DNA of 64,000 nt from NCBI GenBank assembly GCA_013239625.1, contig MU053645.1, positions 736,274 through 800,273 on the forward strand, read 5' to 3'. Below, piece after piece: positions 14,486 through 28,476 of this stretch. Every line of letters starts with the position of its first letter. Within the stretch, counting starts at the first letter, position 1. This stretch comes from Lama guanicoe. Lineage: Eukaryota. The position numbers were made by a program, and so were the translations under genes. The notes below the pieces were generated by a model. The model searched no databases. It had not been told where the DNA came from and saw only the letters and a list, made by a program, of their open reading frames with translations.

Positions 14486-16219
14486 GAAAAGAAGCCTCCA
14501 TGAATTGGTGACAGAATTATCTGGGTAACAGCAAGGACAGTATAAATGCATGCTCTTTCTTGCAGAAGCTCTAAGAAAACTATATTGGCTATCTCTCCAG
14601 TATCTTCCTAGTCCTCCCCATCCCCAGACACGCATGGGCCAGTTGCTACAATGAGATGTACCTGCATGCTCTCAACAACAAATGAAGCAGCAGTTAGCAT
14701 AGTGCCTTTGCAAAGAAGAGATACTCTGGAAAATTCTCCCTGAATTGAGTTAAAGTGAGGAACCACAATAAAGAAAGGTGTACAAACCAGAGAGCATAAG
14801 GGAAGGCAAGACTTCTGGGCTCTAACAGACACAGGCTAAGGAGCAGGGTTTATGCCCAGTTGTGAGGGTTTTAGTTGGGGAACAGGTACCTAATGCCCCA
14901 AAACTGGACCTCATTTAACAGTGAAGAAAAATTATAATTCTTCTATTGTGCATATTCTCAACTATTCCACGAAAATGAGGTATTCTCTCTGACGTTCTAG
15001 CCCTCCAGTAATTAAGTCTACTTTACGTATCTAACCTTACCGCTCAACATTCTCTAATGCAATCCCCAGGCTTTACTTGGTCATTTAACTTGAGAATGCA
15101 TGAATTGTAAGATGAGAAATTAGAGAGATTGGCCTTCAAATTCCAGCTTCATCCCTTATTAATTGTGCAACCTTGGGCAAGTTACTTAACCTCAGAATGT
15201 TAATCCCTCCTTTATAGAGTTTTTGTGAAGTTATTGTTCAATGGGATGATAAAAAATGCAATCATGATAGTTATCATTTATTGTGAACCAACTATGTACT
15301 AGACTCTATGTTCCTTTCATTGTGCCAGATTTAGGGAATTGTCCTCCTGGTGGGAGTAAACATCAAACAAAGAATTCAGAACACGGTAACCAGAGGTTAT
15401 AAAGCCAGCTGCTAGTCTAGGCAGGCAGTTGCCTTCAGAATGACCAGCAAGCTTATGTGTCAGTTTTGTCTCAATAAACCTGAGCGGGTGGAAAATGACC
15501 AGCCAGTGCTGGATATCCCAGCAGCAGGCTGTGTACATGCACCAGGAGTCGAGGGCCAGGCCCCATGCAACCATCCAAATCAGCAGAATTTTATTCAAAA
15601 TTGAGTAGATCAGGCAACAAGTTTGCACACCTCAATCTTTTCTTTCCTGTTCTTAGGATGCAAAAGACTTAGGGAATTGACAGAATCTGAAAGGAAATTT
15701 GGAGTCACTTTTCCTCAAGTGTTGGATTGGAATGGGGAATAGACAACTGCATACTCACTGTGTGGCCTTGGGTAAGTCGTATAACTTCTTGAATCTGAGT
15801 TTCTTTATCTATAAATTGGGGCCTGTACTTTTGAGGGCTGTGGTAATGATAAAATATAATGAAATAAATATCTGTAAAGTAATAGGGTACCTGAAATATA
15901 AAATAAACAATGACTGTAGTTATTATGGCATTAGTTACATTCCCCCAGCTCTAAAGGATTCAAATGTCAGCTAAATATAGGATGCTATGTCCACACATCA
16001 GCAAAAATACAGGTACAAACATCATGCTTGATATTTAACAATTCGATGAGGTTTGGAAAAATCATGACAAGTAGCTCCCTTACACTGTCCTGATTCTGGA
16101 GACAATATGTAACATAGGGCCTTGGAGCTGCAGTTTGCACTGATCTCCCACAGCAATCATCAGTTGCCCCACACAATTTAATACTTCATTGTATCCTAAC
16201 GTCTGTCCCATACAGACAG

Positions 16220-17175
16220 CTCCAAAAATTTGGATCTCTATCCCACGCGTCCGCCTGAATGCAGGAATTATATATCCAACTGTCTGCTCAACATCTCCTC
16301 CAAGATATCTAATGGGCATCTCAAATAGAACATGGCCAGAACAGAACTCTTCAATCTTGCCACAAAAGCTTACTTCCCTCCAGCTTCCCCATTTCAGGAA
16401 ACAGCACTACTCTCTGCTCTATTACTAAAACCAAAAACCTAGGAAACATCATGAGAGTGTCCAGTCATTTCTATCTCTACAATATCCCTTGAATCGGTCT
16501 ACATTTTCCTATCTCTGTCACCACCAATCTAGTCCAAGCCATAATCATCTTTCTTTGAGATGCTGTCCATAGCCTCTTCACTTGTCTCCCTGCCTCTTTC
16601 CATTTATTATCCATGGAGCATCCAGAGGAATATTTTTTTATGTAAGTCAAAAAGAACATTGTTCTACTTAAAATCATCCAATGGCATCCTCCTAGTCTTA
16701 GGATAAAGACCAAAACCCTATAAGGCACTGTGTTATCTGGCCTTTACCTACTTTTCCAATTTGCCTTATTCTCCCCACTACTCCCTGTGATTCAGCCACA
16801 CTGTTCTCTTTCTGTTCCCTAAGCATGCAAGGATCTTTGGCACCTCAAAACCAACACATGCTGTTCCCTCTAAAATATTATTTTTCCCCACTCTTCACCT
16901 ACATAACCCTTCGGAGTCAAGCCTAAATGCTATTTTGCTTCAAGTAGACCTTCCCCAATGATCCAATATAAAGTAAGGGCCTACCTACTTCTTAGGTAGT
17001 CTCTATTATTTTCCTTTTTATCATATATTGCAGTTATTAATTATATAATTATCCACATGTGTGTTTAGTCCCTAATCTATTCCCATCCCCCATTACACTA
17101 CAAGCTCAATTAGGGTGGAACATATCTCTCTGAGTTCACTTCTATTCACTGAGCACAATGAGTATTTGAGCAAGG
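16220..17175 (+). mobile_element. L2 3' fragment
   Basis: TATATCCAACTGTCTGCTCAACATCTCC..GGGCATCTCAAA..CATGGCCAGAACAGAACTC. Confidence 0.75.
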
Positions 17176-18751
17176 TTAAAAGAATGTCAAATATATTAAT
17201 TGCGGATCCAGAGTTGATAATCAGTGAATTAGACAGTAAATACTTGTTCACTTGTCATAAAATGTCCTTTTCACCTTTCATCTCATATTCTAGACAGGAG
17301 GTAAATTAAATAGGCATTATGAAGATAATTTTGCTGGCATAAATTAGAAGTATAAATACTAACATATTTGATTTTAGAAGCAAGGGGATTAGGTGGTAAA
17401 ATTATGATATTAAATGCCTTTTATCAGAAAAAAATTCATGCCCAATTATTTCTCATTCAACTTTTATGCCAAAGTTTACAGTGACGCTGTGATGCCCTGA
17501 CCATCAAAATTGAGCAAACAACTCAGGGTATTGGCCCAATATCTCTGAACATTATTATTACTGCTGTTTCATCTCATTGTTCTAGAACACAGCTGAAGAG
17601 AGTTATCAGACACTATTGGCAGGCTCAGATGCAAAGGATTCAAAACACACAAAACATTAAAATTTACTCATTCAACAAATACATTAAATGACTACTACAT
17701 GCCAGACACACAATTGGGTGTTTTTCTGAACCAGTCAGAGAGGATCAAGGCAAAGTGCCCCAGAAAGAAGTCAACCTTCTCCATCTGCAGACCCACACCT
17801 ACGCAGCTCATCACTTAGGCTTCTGTGTCTGGTGCTTCCCAGTTGCTTTTCAGGATCCCCACCGGAGCATAGAGCCAAATCACAGAGAGATTTCTAGCTA
17901 TATAAAGTACTCCCGGTACCAAGAAATGATTTATGGACTTGAACTGATGAATTATTTTCCTATTTGACAGCCAAAGGAGGCCATTTAACTGCCTTTTATA
18001 AACCACTAGTGATGAATCATAATGACATAAGGAATTACTGGACGGGAAAAGGCCACTCTCTTTAGCATGCTTGTCCTCGGGACTCATTTCCACCTCGGCT
18101 TTGTCTCAGCAGGCTTTGCTCTTGGCTCTCACATCATTAAACTGTCTTGCTGGCTGCAAAAGCTCATTTATACAGACAACAATATTTTCTCTGACCACCT
18201 TAATTGACAAATTATTCCACATGATTGCATCGCCTTGAATGAAACCGTTTTGCCTGAAATACCTACATCTGTAGCCCTTTGCTTGCGTTTCTCATAGCCT
18301 CTGGTTAACTTCCTAATTTTTAAAATTCATCTCCTGTAAATGAAGTACCCTATTAAAATATCAATTTGTCTTAGATCATTTATCAGACTGCTCTCTTGTG
18401 GTAAAATGGCTGTGAGGTCATCTTTGCAAGCATTCCAATAATAATGATGAGGATAATGGTACTAATCATAATAATGAATATCCTTTATTTAGTACCTACT
18501 ATTTCCCCGACACCATTGTAAGTGTTTTTTAATATATTTTCTTCCCTCAACACAGCTACTGTATCTCCCCATTTTGCATGGAGGAAAACCTGAAATCAGA
18601 AGGGTAAATTCAAGTTCTCAAAGTCACACAGCTACTAAGGATTTGAATCCTATTTTTCTGGTTCTGAATCAGGATACAAGGGAGTAAATCAAGTTTTCAG
18701 AATTTTCCACAGGTCTTTTGTTAGAATCAAATTCTTTGTTTAGCTAAAATT

Positions 18752-18753
<2 letters not shown>

Positions 18754-18784
<31 letters not shown>
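18754..18784. repeat. (TG)15 microsatellite
   Basis: Directly visible perfect dinucleotide run. Confidence 0.95.
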
Positions 18785-18789
<5 letters not shown>

Positions 18790-21700
18790 TAAATATTTTC
18801 CTTAGCAAAATGTCTTAACCATCCACATATAAGAAAATCTGTTCTAATCAAATGAGATCATAGTACTCTGAGCATTGTATGGTTCTGTGAGCATTTACTA
18901 GTGGAAGGGGCTCAGGGTTTGAGAAAGCAACAACCTAAAATCTTCATTCCAGCACTACTGTTTAGTTGCTGTAAAGCACTGAGAAAAATTACTCTCTGAA
19001 TTTCACCTTCGGTATCTGTAAAGTGAGGCTAAGATGACGATACCTCATAGATTTTTTTGATGCTTAAATGAGATCATATCTATGAAAACACTGAGCCCAG
19101 CTCCCAGCTCCAAAATTGTATTTTGTGTCTAAATGTTAAAAACAACAACAACAACACTTTTGTATGGGGAACGAAGGATCTTAGAGAACATTAGTCTAAT
19201 GGGTGAGACAAAACCTACACAAAGAAGATGTTTAAGATCATTATACATTAGCATCAGGCAGTGTGGGGAAAACCTTTTACAAAATTGTCAAGGGAATTTA
19301 GGAGCAAGAAACAGGTGACTGTAAAATGAAGTTAATCCGTGAAGACATCCTGGAGGAAGTACAGATGTGCAAATGTGTCTTGGCAAAGAGGAGTAAGAGC
19401 ACGAAGCAGGCAAGCAAGCAGGAAGACAAGAATTAAAGGCACTTATCGTGCACTTGTTACAAGAGCCATGCAGGTAGTTCCTGGCATGTTGCTTTAAGAG
19501 CAACATTTTAGAACAAAGGTGGGTTCAAATCCTAGCTCTGCCACTTACTAGCTGTGTGATCATAGATGAGAAACTTATCCTCTCTGAGTCTCCATTCTTC
19601 CCTTGTAAAATAAAGACCGTATCACCAACCTTCCAAGGTTGCTGTGAACTTTGATTTTCAAGTGCAGCGCCTGACTCAATAAATGAGCACTCTCTAAGCA
19701 TTTACTCTACTCTGTTGGAGCTAGTTTATGGCTGAACTCCTGACACACTAAACTCCTAGTTTTCATTCCTGTACAAGGGTGGTTTGATAGAATAGTCTCA
19801 GCTTGCTCAAACCACTGCTTTCAGGTTGGGAGAGAACAAGTCAGCTGAGACTCTCACAAATGAACATAATGGAACTAGGAAAAATCTGTGACCGGTACCT
19901 ATACACCTAGAAGTCATAATGCAATTCCTTCTCAAGAATCCCCTCTCCCACCCCTAACTCTAGTCAGAAAAGTCAGCCAAGGAGTCAATGATCACCCCAG
20001 GTGCTGGAAGAGAGCCACTGGAGCGGAACCGGCCTAGATTGGGCACGTTTGCCATATCCTGCTGCCACGTGCTCCGACTTGCTCACCCTCAGCCCTCCAA
20101 GCTGGTCTCCTGCACAGCCACTTGTGAAATAATCCCACAGGAATGACTGTTCTCACGGTCCCTGACTTTGCAGAGAAACAAGACTCTTTCTGCTGATGGG
20201 ACAGTTTAACGGTGTTCGTTCATCTCCCTGTAGGGCACAGAAACATGACACAAACATTTTTCTAGGACAGAGACTGGAAATCTCTTTGACCTTGGCTGGC
20301 ACCAATAGGGTTAAGGGACAGCACTGCGTCATAGGCTGAGGCAAAGGAAGGGAAATAAGGGAGAAAAAGGAGAGACAACACAAGAGTGGCAGAAGACGAA
20401 GGGAATAAAAATCACTCTTTAGACTGCCATTCAAGGCCCTCTTTCCTACTAATTCTAAGCAGGCTTTTTTTCCTCCTCCCAGTCCCCCAAGGTCATGAAT
20501 CGAGATGACCTTGTTCCTAGTGGGAGCAAACAGCCACCTGCAGGGTATGAATTGTGACACTCTGGGAAAGGCCCCCCACAGGCACCGCCAAGCTGCCAGA
20601 AATTCCCACCATTAGTCATGCCTATGAGTTACAGAATTGAAATTTCTATTAAACTGCAAATACGTTAGCTTAGAAGGGAAACACTGTGGCCATAATCAGT
20701 CATGAATTCTTATTTCATTGAGGTATTAGGTCAGCCCCAGCAGAAAGCAAGGATCTCTCAGGAGATGGGCTACAGAGAAGACAGGACATTAGAACATTTA
20801 AAAGAGTCAGAGAAGGGACAAAGATGTCTTTCAGAGTGGGCAGGGTAGGGCCGGAAAGGCCAGGGTGACCCGGGGAGAGAGGGAGGCCGAGGAGGAAAGG
20901 CAAAGGAGCTGCTGCAAGCCGGTTTCGGTCATGAGATTTCTGCACCTGCGACTGTGCAAAAGAACGGTCAATTAGCACATGCACAGTCAGTCATGTGAAA
21001 GTTCCCTTAATGTAGCCAAGAACTACTGACTGCTGAGGTCTTTCCTCATTAAGTCACACCAAAGGTATAAACGAGATACATTCTCATGTGATCATCAGGA
21101 TGCAGACATTCAGATCATGTTAAGTGGCTTCTCAAAGAGCACAGGAAGGAGAGAGAACACAGGCCGATGATCTGTTCCCCTCCGTGCTTCACATTGCACT
21201 GCTTCGGGGTAGCTCGAGGGCGGGTGCTTTATCCCCAGGGCTCTTCATTTATCTGTAACATTTGAGACCAACCTGCTTCATCATCTAAATCGCTCTTCTC
21301 TGTAAGGTGATCAATTTGTCAATACCCCTCCTATACTATGACATCCATAAATTGTGCCCTTCACTCTCTGCATAGATCGACCAGCCTATTGGATGGTGTG
21401 ATTAGGATGGCTTCTGAGTGCTGTTCTCAGTCTGTCTATTAACTCCTCTCCAGACCACTTTAATTTTTTTTCCCTCCATTTCCTGTTGGAGATGGAAGTA
21501 GTGGAGCAGAGTCTGGGCCAGCCGCACAGTCAGTCGCTTGTTTAAAAGTGCTACTGAACCAAATCCTTGAAGGCAAAGGCCACAAACAGACAACCACCAA
21601 ACTGAATTTAGCCTACAAGCATGTTTATTTGGTCCACACAGTGCTCAACAAGGCGGGTATTTCCACATTAAAAAAATTCAGACTTCAAGCATCTCTTCTA

Positions 21701-22348
21701 AAATTAGAGAGCCTGGCAGTATTGGATCCTTCATTTCACATGCCAGCAATCAGCTAGAGCTGAGTTGGTGCGGCTAGTACTCGCCAACCTGCCCCTCCCT
21801 GTTCACTCACACTCTCTCAGGTATATGACCTGCCTGGCTTCTAGAAGCATTTGAGTATTGATTAGGGAATTACCCCTTTGCTGGCTTGGATTCAGCCATT
21901 AGCAGTAAATGTTTTTCCTTTTATAGAAGGAACAGAATCAGAGCCATTTCTTCTTAAAACCAAAACAATGGATTGGCAAATCAGCATTTTAAAATAACAG
22001 GTTATTTTGGGGATCCTTAGACCTGAGCTCTAGAGTCACCAACTTCGGAGTTGTCGTGGGGTTGCATCTCTTTTCCTTCTGGCCCAGAAGGGACTGTGGA
22101 CAGAGTGAGAGTGGGGTAGGCAAGGAAAATACTGTGTTAGGAACCAGAAGATCGGGGTTCTAGTTCTGGCTATGCCATTCACCAACTCCCAGCCCATAGC
22201 AAATGATTTAAATACTCTGAGCCACAGTTTACTCTGCTGAAAAATACAAATAACAACAACAAGAACAACAACAACAATAATCTTTGCTCAATCAAGTTCC
22301 GTGAGAAACAGAATGAGATCCCAGAAGCGAAAGTGCTTTGAAGTTATA

Positions 22349-22518
22349 GAAGGAAGGTATAACTCAGTGGTAGAGTGTGTGCTTTGTATGACAACGTCCT
22401 GGGTTCAACGCCCAGTAACTATTTTTTTAATGAATAAACAAACAAACAAACAAATCTTATTACCTCCCTCCCAAAAAAACAAACAAAAAAGACAAAATTT
22501 AAAAACTAAAAAAAAAAA
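22349..22518 (+). mobile_element. tRNA-derived SINE (camelid Vic-1-like), diverged
   Basis: GGTATAACTCAGTGGTAGAG (A box) ... CCTGGGTTCAACGCCCAGTA (B box), then an A-rich tail. Confidence 0.8.
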
Positions 22519-25500
22519 TTATAAAGTACCCTACAAATACAAAGCTGTCTCATTTGTACTCAGCGGAAGCAATCACCAATGAAATAAGCACCCAAAGAAT
22601 CCAAGCTATGTATGTCTGAGTACTTACTATATGCTCAGCACCTGGGGAGTTGGAAAAGAAATGGTCAATCCCTGTCCTTAAGGAGCTTATAGGCTAATTG
22701 AGAAAATAAGATAAACAACAGAAAACAATAAAAGATTATAATTGCAACATAAAGTTAATGCCTGCTAAGCATCTTACTGAAACCGTTAAAGATACAATAA
22801 AGATACAGTCATTAGTAGGAGGCCAAGAGAGCTGGGTACTCACTCAGTTTTGTTTTGTTTTTTGTTGTTGTTGTTTTTGTTTTTGTTTTTTACACTTTAT
22901 CCTATGGAAACACCATCCTCAGATACTCTCAACCAGAGGGAAGTGTCATGTGGTCATGCAAGTTTAGGAAATATTCTAAACGATAGCCCATCCTCCTTTT
23001 AGAAAATTATAATACCCATGAGAATATTATACACACTAAGATGCCCTAAAATGCCTTTCAAGAAAAAGCTATATAACTTGGACCTAGCAGATAAACACAT
23101 TGCCATGGAACCTCTCTCCATCTCCCTCTCCTCCCTTCCTTTTTCTCTCCCAGAAATCTATTAACATCTTTTAGAATTGGAGCTCCATAGAACAGTTTGG
23201 GAAACTCTTTGAAACACTATTGACCCTAATGAACACATTTTAAATTTTCACAGGTTCCAGAAGGAGCATAATTCTGTCTCTACCTGTCTCCTTTAAGAGC
23301 CGCATTGTAAACCTGGATCTTATGCTACCTGTTGTACAGAGTAGACACTGATTTATGTGTTGATTTTTCTTTACCAATTGAATCAACATTGTTGAACTAG
23401 ACTGTTCTCCACTGTTTCACTTCCACTAGCTTGAAATCATTGCCATAACTGCAATGCACCACACTGGAATCCATTTTTTTCCTCAATAGAGATTTGCATA
23501 TTAATAGGGCCATATGGTACCAAAACACAAAGCTCGGCAAACTCCATCTTTTGTACATTCTCGCTTTTCCCAGCACCACACTGTTCCTTGTTTCTCTCCT
23601 GGCACCATCCTAAGTTCAGATTTCATTACATGTCCGACTCCTACCGATATGATCTAAGGTGCTCACTGAGAGCCAAGGATTAGGCTCCAAAATGTCAAGT
23701 GTATTCTTTTTAGGGTTATCTAAATTCCAATCGGGACTTATTGAAGACAAAACAATTAGTGTCCAAAAAGGACATTATAGTGGAATGATATACACTGTGA
23801 TCGATATTCTGGCATCTTTTACAATGTACATAATATATATTTTGTGGGTGAAATTGTATGGTTTGTACTTGATGGTGGTTGAAAAGTTATATTTGAAAGT
23901 CAGAAAGACCCATGCTCTGCTAATGATGAAGTATGTGACCTTGGGACATAATTTGACCTCTTTAAGTTTTAGTTTTTTCTTCTATAAAATGGGGACAATG
24001 ATCATATCCACTCTCATATGGTGGTTGTGAGGAATAAAGGAGAAAATGAATGAAAAACACTAAGTACAATGTCTGCCACACAGTAAGCTCTCAATAGATA
24101 TTAACTCTCTGAGGTCCCCTTTTATGATTATTACTTAGCTGTTGACTTAGAGATCACTTCTCCTGTTGTATTGTCATCACTCTGTCAGAATCTTCACTTC
24201 CGTTTATTCCTCCAGCTCTCCAACATATCTCTAAATTCCACTGTTTTTCCTAAACCCACTCTGATCCCAGTGTCTCAGGATTAACAGTAGAGGCATAAAG
24301 GAACAAAGAGCTAGGGCCTAGAAAAGCCTGTTTTCAAACCTGATGCGAAATTTCTTCCTCTGTGGGTAAATAGACGCTATTCTCCACACCAAAGGAAGGT
24401 TATTCTAACAAGCTATGCAGTCCGGATGACACCTCCAACAGTGCACTACAGTTAGTTTTAATTTTGCAAAGTGAAGTTAAAAGCACTTACTGAAGCAATG
24501 CATTTGAACATCTTCACCAAAGACTGATTCCAACTTCCAGTTTGCAATATTATCAAGCTTTGCCTGTCCAGGTTGCTTTGATGCTAAGGCTTATAGTAAC
24601 CCAGCAGCGAATCTTTGAAACTTATCCATAGAATAAAGCTCTCTTTCTAGCCATGACGTTCAGACACCAATGGGTTAAGAAATCTCTTACCCCTAATATG
24701 TGAGGAGTCTCAAATCAGTAACTCTAGAGCTGTCTAAGGTAATCAGGAGTTGGGGTTTTATTTGCTTATTCCCCAGAGAACAGGTTAGTATTTTTTTTCT
24801 TTTTTCTAAATGGCCAATATGCATTTCTAAAAAGCTGCATAAAATCATGCATTTGTGAATGATTTGTCAGGTGATTGGTGAATTATCCTCTAAATGCTGT
24901 TAATTAGTACTAGCTTCCTGCTTGGGTTTGTGTTTGGGAGGCCCTATAATTTATGTCTGCCTTTGACCTTCACAAGGTAGACCTTCTCCTCTAGTCCCAG
25001 GAGACCCTGTTCCATCATCTTGCCCACTCCCACACCTCCACTCCTTCTTCATTATCACCTGTTCTACATTCTCACCAACATGTAACCAACCTTCCCTTCT
25101 CTCCTTATTACTTCGACTAGCCCTCTGCACAAACTTCAGTGTGAGAGTAAAGGAAAAATATCTTTAAAATAGCAAGCAGCCATGTGAAATACGCTGTGGG
25201 AAATAAAACTTAGCTGTTGTCATCTTTGGCAAATGACCTAAACACACTATTGTACACGTCTATTCACTGTCAAACCCCTCTGTATTCATCTGCAGCCTTC
25301 AAAAGAAAAAAGAAATGTCTACAATAACATCACACAAGTCTGCTATGATTTATGTATTAAAAGTGTTCCAGAAAAGTTGCATATAAATCAAATCCAACTT
25401 TAATGCAGTAGGCAAGCTGGATATTTAAGGAAATTCTATGACAAACTCTTTTTTTGTAGTGAAAAAATAACTTCATAAAGCCAATGATTACCGCCTAAGT

Positions 25501-28322
25501 AATCAGTTTTGAATAACTGGATCTTTTTATAACTGATCTATTTAAAGCAAGCAGCACCTATACACTTAAGAGAACACTTGTTTCACTGAAGAAATATTTC
25601 ACAGATTTATAAATTTCAAAGAACACTCAGTAAATAATCTTTTAAAGTTTTGATAATCTTTGCAAACTTGCATTCTTGCAATACACAATCTTAAACATCT
25701 CTATCTACATAATTTTGTAATTAACCAATCTTACTAATTTTGTATTAGAATTTCTATCCCATGCCTGCATATTGCTAAATGCAAAACAAGTATGAGTGGG
25801 TGACTCTTAACAACCCCAGTCTTTTATTTTGAATTGCAAGAGGACAATCTGTTGATTGATTTTAATACCAAGCAAAGTACAATAGAATTTAGATAATATT
25901 GCAAACAGAAATAAATCTTCACAGAGTAACCTCTTAAATTTCCATACCAAGAAATCACTTTGTTTCCTACATCAGGTACAGAATTTGAACTGTATGAATA
26001 AATACATAAACTTGGTATCTTCTTATATGAATGATGACCCAAGGATAATTTCAAACTATTTTTCTAGGATGTAATAATTGATACATTTTAGTTTAAATAT
26101 TAAATGAATAAATTACTGTTTCAGTGGCTGAGGTTGATTTATCCTCATCTTCTCTTGACAGATTTCCCTTAGTTACCAAAAGCATGTACTTGCATGATAG
26201 CTTTTAGGAGTTTATGTAAACTAATTTGAGGCCTGTGAAAACTCGTTTTGGGGTGTATGTGAACTAACATGCTCATAAGGGAATCAAACCTGTGAGTGAC
26301 TTCTTTAGCACCATTCTCTCAGCTAGTATTTCTCAAAGCATGATCCTTGAGAGGCATGCAACAGTTTCACCTGGGCAAAAAGGCCAATTCCCAGTGTTAC
26401 TGATGTGCTGAATGAGAATTTGGGGGAATCTGCATTTAAGGAGCCTCACCTTTACCAGACCTGGGTTCCTCCACCTGATTCTGATGCACACTAAGGTCGG
26501 TCTGAGAAACTCTGGGAGGTAGAGCTCAGGTGAAATTTTAAATCCCTAGTTCAACTCTTTTTAAAGTTTTGGGCAAGTGGATTAATATCTTATAAAATAT
26601 CCCAAATAAGAAGATCTAGCCCTAATTTTCCAGAATCTAAAAATAAACTAAATAAGCAAATGTGTTGTCACCATAACCCAATAGATGGGAGCATAAAAGA
26701 GGTTTGGTATTTACGTTATTATGGTCCAACTTAAAATATAAGCAAAATACTATAATGTTACTAACTTTACTAAGTGACTCCCAAGTGGAAGTGTTCTGCA
26801 AACATCTGATAAGGACTGTGTGACTGTGGTCAAAGTGATGCTGCTGCAAGGATCTGTGCATGGTTGGGTCACTTAATAATGATGTATAACTGCTTATGAT
26901 TGACTCTTCTGCTTGACTTAGGCAGGAAGTCTAGTTTGTGTTGAGAAAATCAGAAATTAATCAAAAGCAGATCTTTGCTATTTGGGATTGACCCAATATG
27001 GTAGTTACTTTCAAAGCTCATGGGGAAAAGAACATGCAAGTCTAATCAAAATAATAATTGAAAACTTCATAGAAGGTACTTTACAAAGTAAGACTGTCAT
27101 GGATCAGAATAGAGAATGAACTAAAGTATAGATATATATATTAATTTCTAATAAAACATATTTTTTCCTCGTGTTAACACTCAGAATTTAGAAAAAGATG
27201 GGGAAAAAACCCAGCTGACTCTCAGGGATCAAAAGCTGAGTTAAATATATGAATTATAGAAATGAATTTACTAAGCAAGTGTCATTATTAGTAGACTGAT
27301 TTTAGCACTATCCCCAAAAGGTCAGCTAGACCTAAACAAAAGCAACATAGAAGAAAATTTGTGAGTATGTTACAATTAGCCAACTAGTTGATGTCAACAT
27401 TAGATGGTTAAACGAGTAGTGCCTAAGTGCATTTATCTTAAGTTTATTAGTGTAATCAATACTACAATTGTCTGGATAATGCCAAATTTCACCATGATGC
27501 AGATATTCTCCACAATACAAAAATGAGTGTGTATACTTATACACATACAAACACATCTAAAACACATAGATGAAGAAGAAAATTAGTCAAGATTTGCTCA
27601 GGAACAATAGCAGGTAGACTTTTTGTCAGTTTCTTAGGGTCCATCACACCCATTGTTAGGAATAACTTTTATGATATTAGGTTGTCTTCTTTTGCTGAAA
27701 ATTACTTTCTAACATTCACCACCAGGTAAGAATATCCTGAATTTTTCTCTTCCACTGTGAGTACAATTACTAATTTACACTTTGCTTGTACTTCAGATTT
27801 AAAACACATAAGTGCATGGCTATTTATTTGGAGTTGCCCCATTTCAGAATCACCAAAGTTCACAATTACATCACTCATTGATGAACAATTTTGTATAAAT
27901 GATATTTTGGATGAAGTACAAGAAGATTTCATTCCAAAAGTCCAACAGAACCTCATTCTAAGGCAGCCTTCACCTACAAGGAGATTCCACATATGGGAAG
28001 TCGACATTCTAAAGTGGTTCCAGTATACCTTTTCTGAGATGCTTAGTAACAATGATATCCTAAGGAGTGAAGAACCTTTAATAAAAGTAGAGAACATACA
28101 TGCAGCAATTGGGAACATGTTCCCTAAATGAATTGTCCACATTCCACATATAACTTATCACTACAACTTATTAATAGTGAGCTTCACAACTATTTGATTT
28201 GTAGCCAATTCTAAATTCACAGCAAGTTCACTCCTTGTTTTGGAAACTCTCACTTCCTGTACCAGATTATACTTAAAAATCTAATTTGCCATGATTTGGT
28301 AAAAAAGAAAATCAATGTTTAC

Positions 28323-28476
28323 CTGTGACTTTCAATTCAGTTGTCCTTCTCACAAGTTTTCCTTCATACTTAAGCTCACAAGTGTAATTCCCTCCATCTT
28401 CTTCTTGAACTTCCTGGATTAGAAGAGCATTTCCTTTCTGTATTATGATGCTTCTCCACATTTTTGGCTTGCATTC
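28323..28476 (-). CDS. IL1RAPL2: IL1RAPL2 internal coding exon (probably exon 5; Ig2 C-terminal half)
   Basis: Read by hand on the minus strand: ECKPKMWRSIIIQKGNALLIQEVQEEDGGNYTCELKYEGKLVRRTTELKVT, with the Ig DxGxYxC motif. Acceptor ttttctctgcAG, donor GTaaac. 154 bp, and the phase-0 start joins the 40112 exon in frame. Not in the ORF track. Confidence 0.95.
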
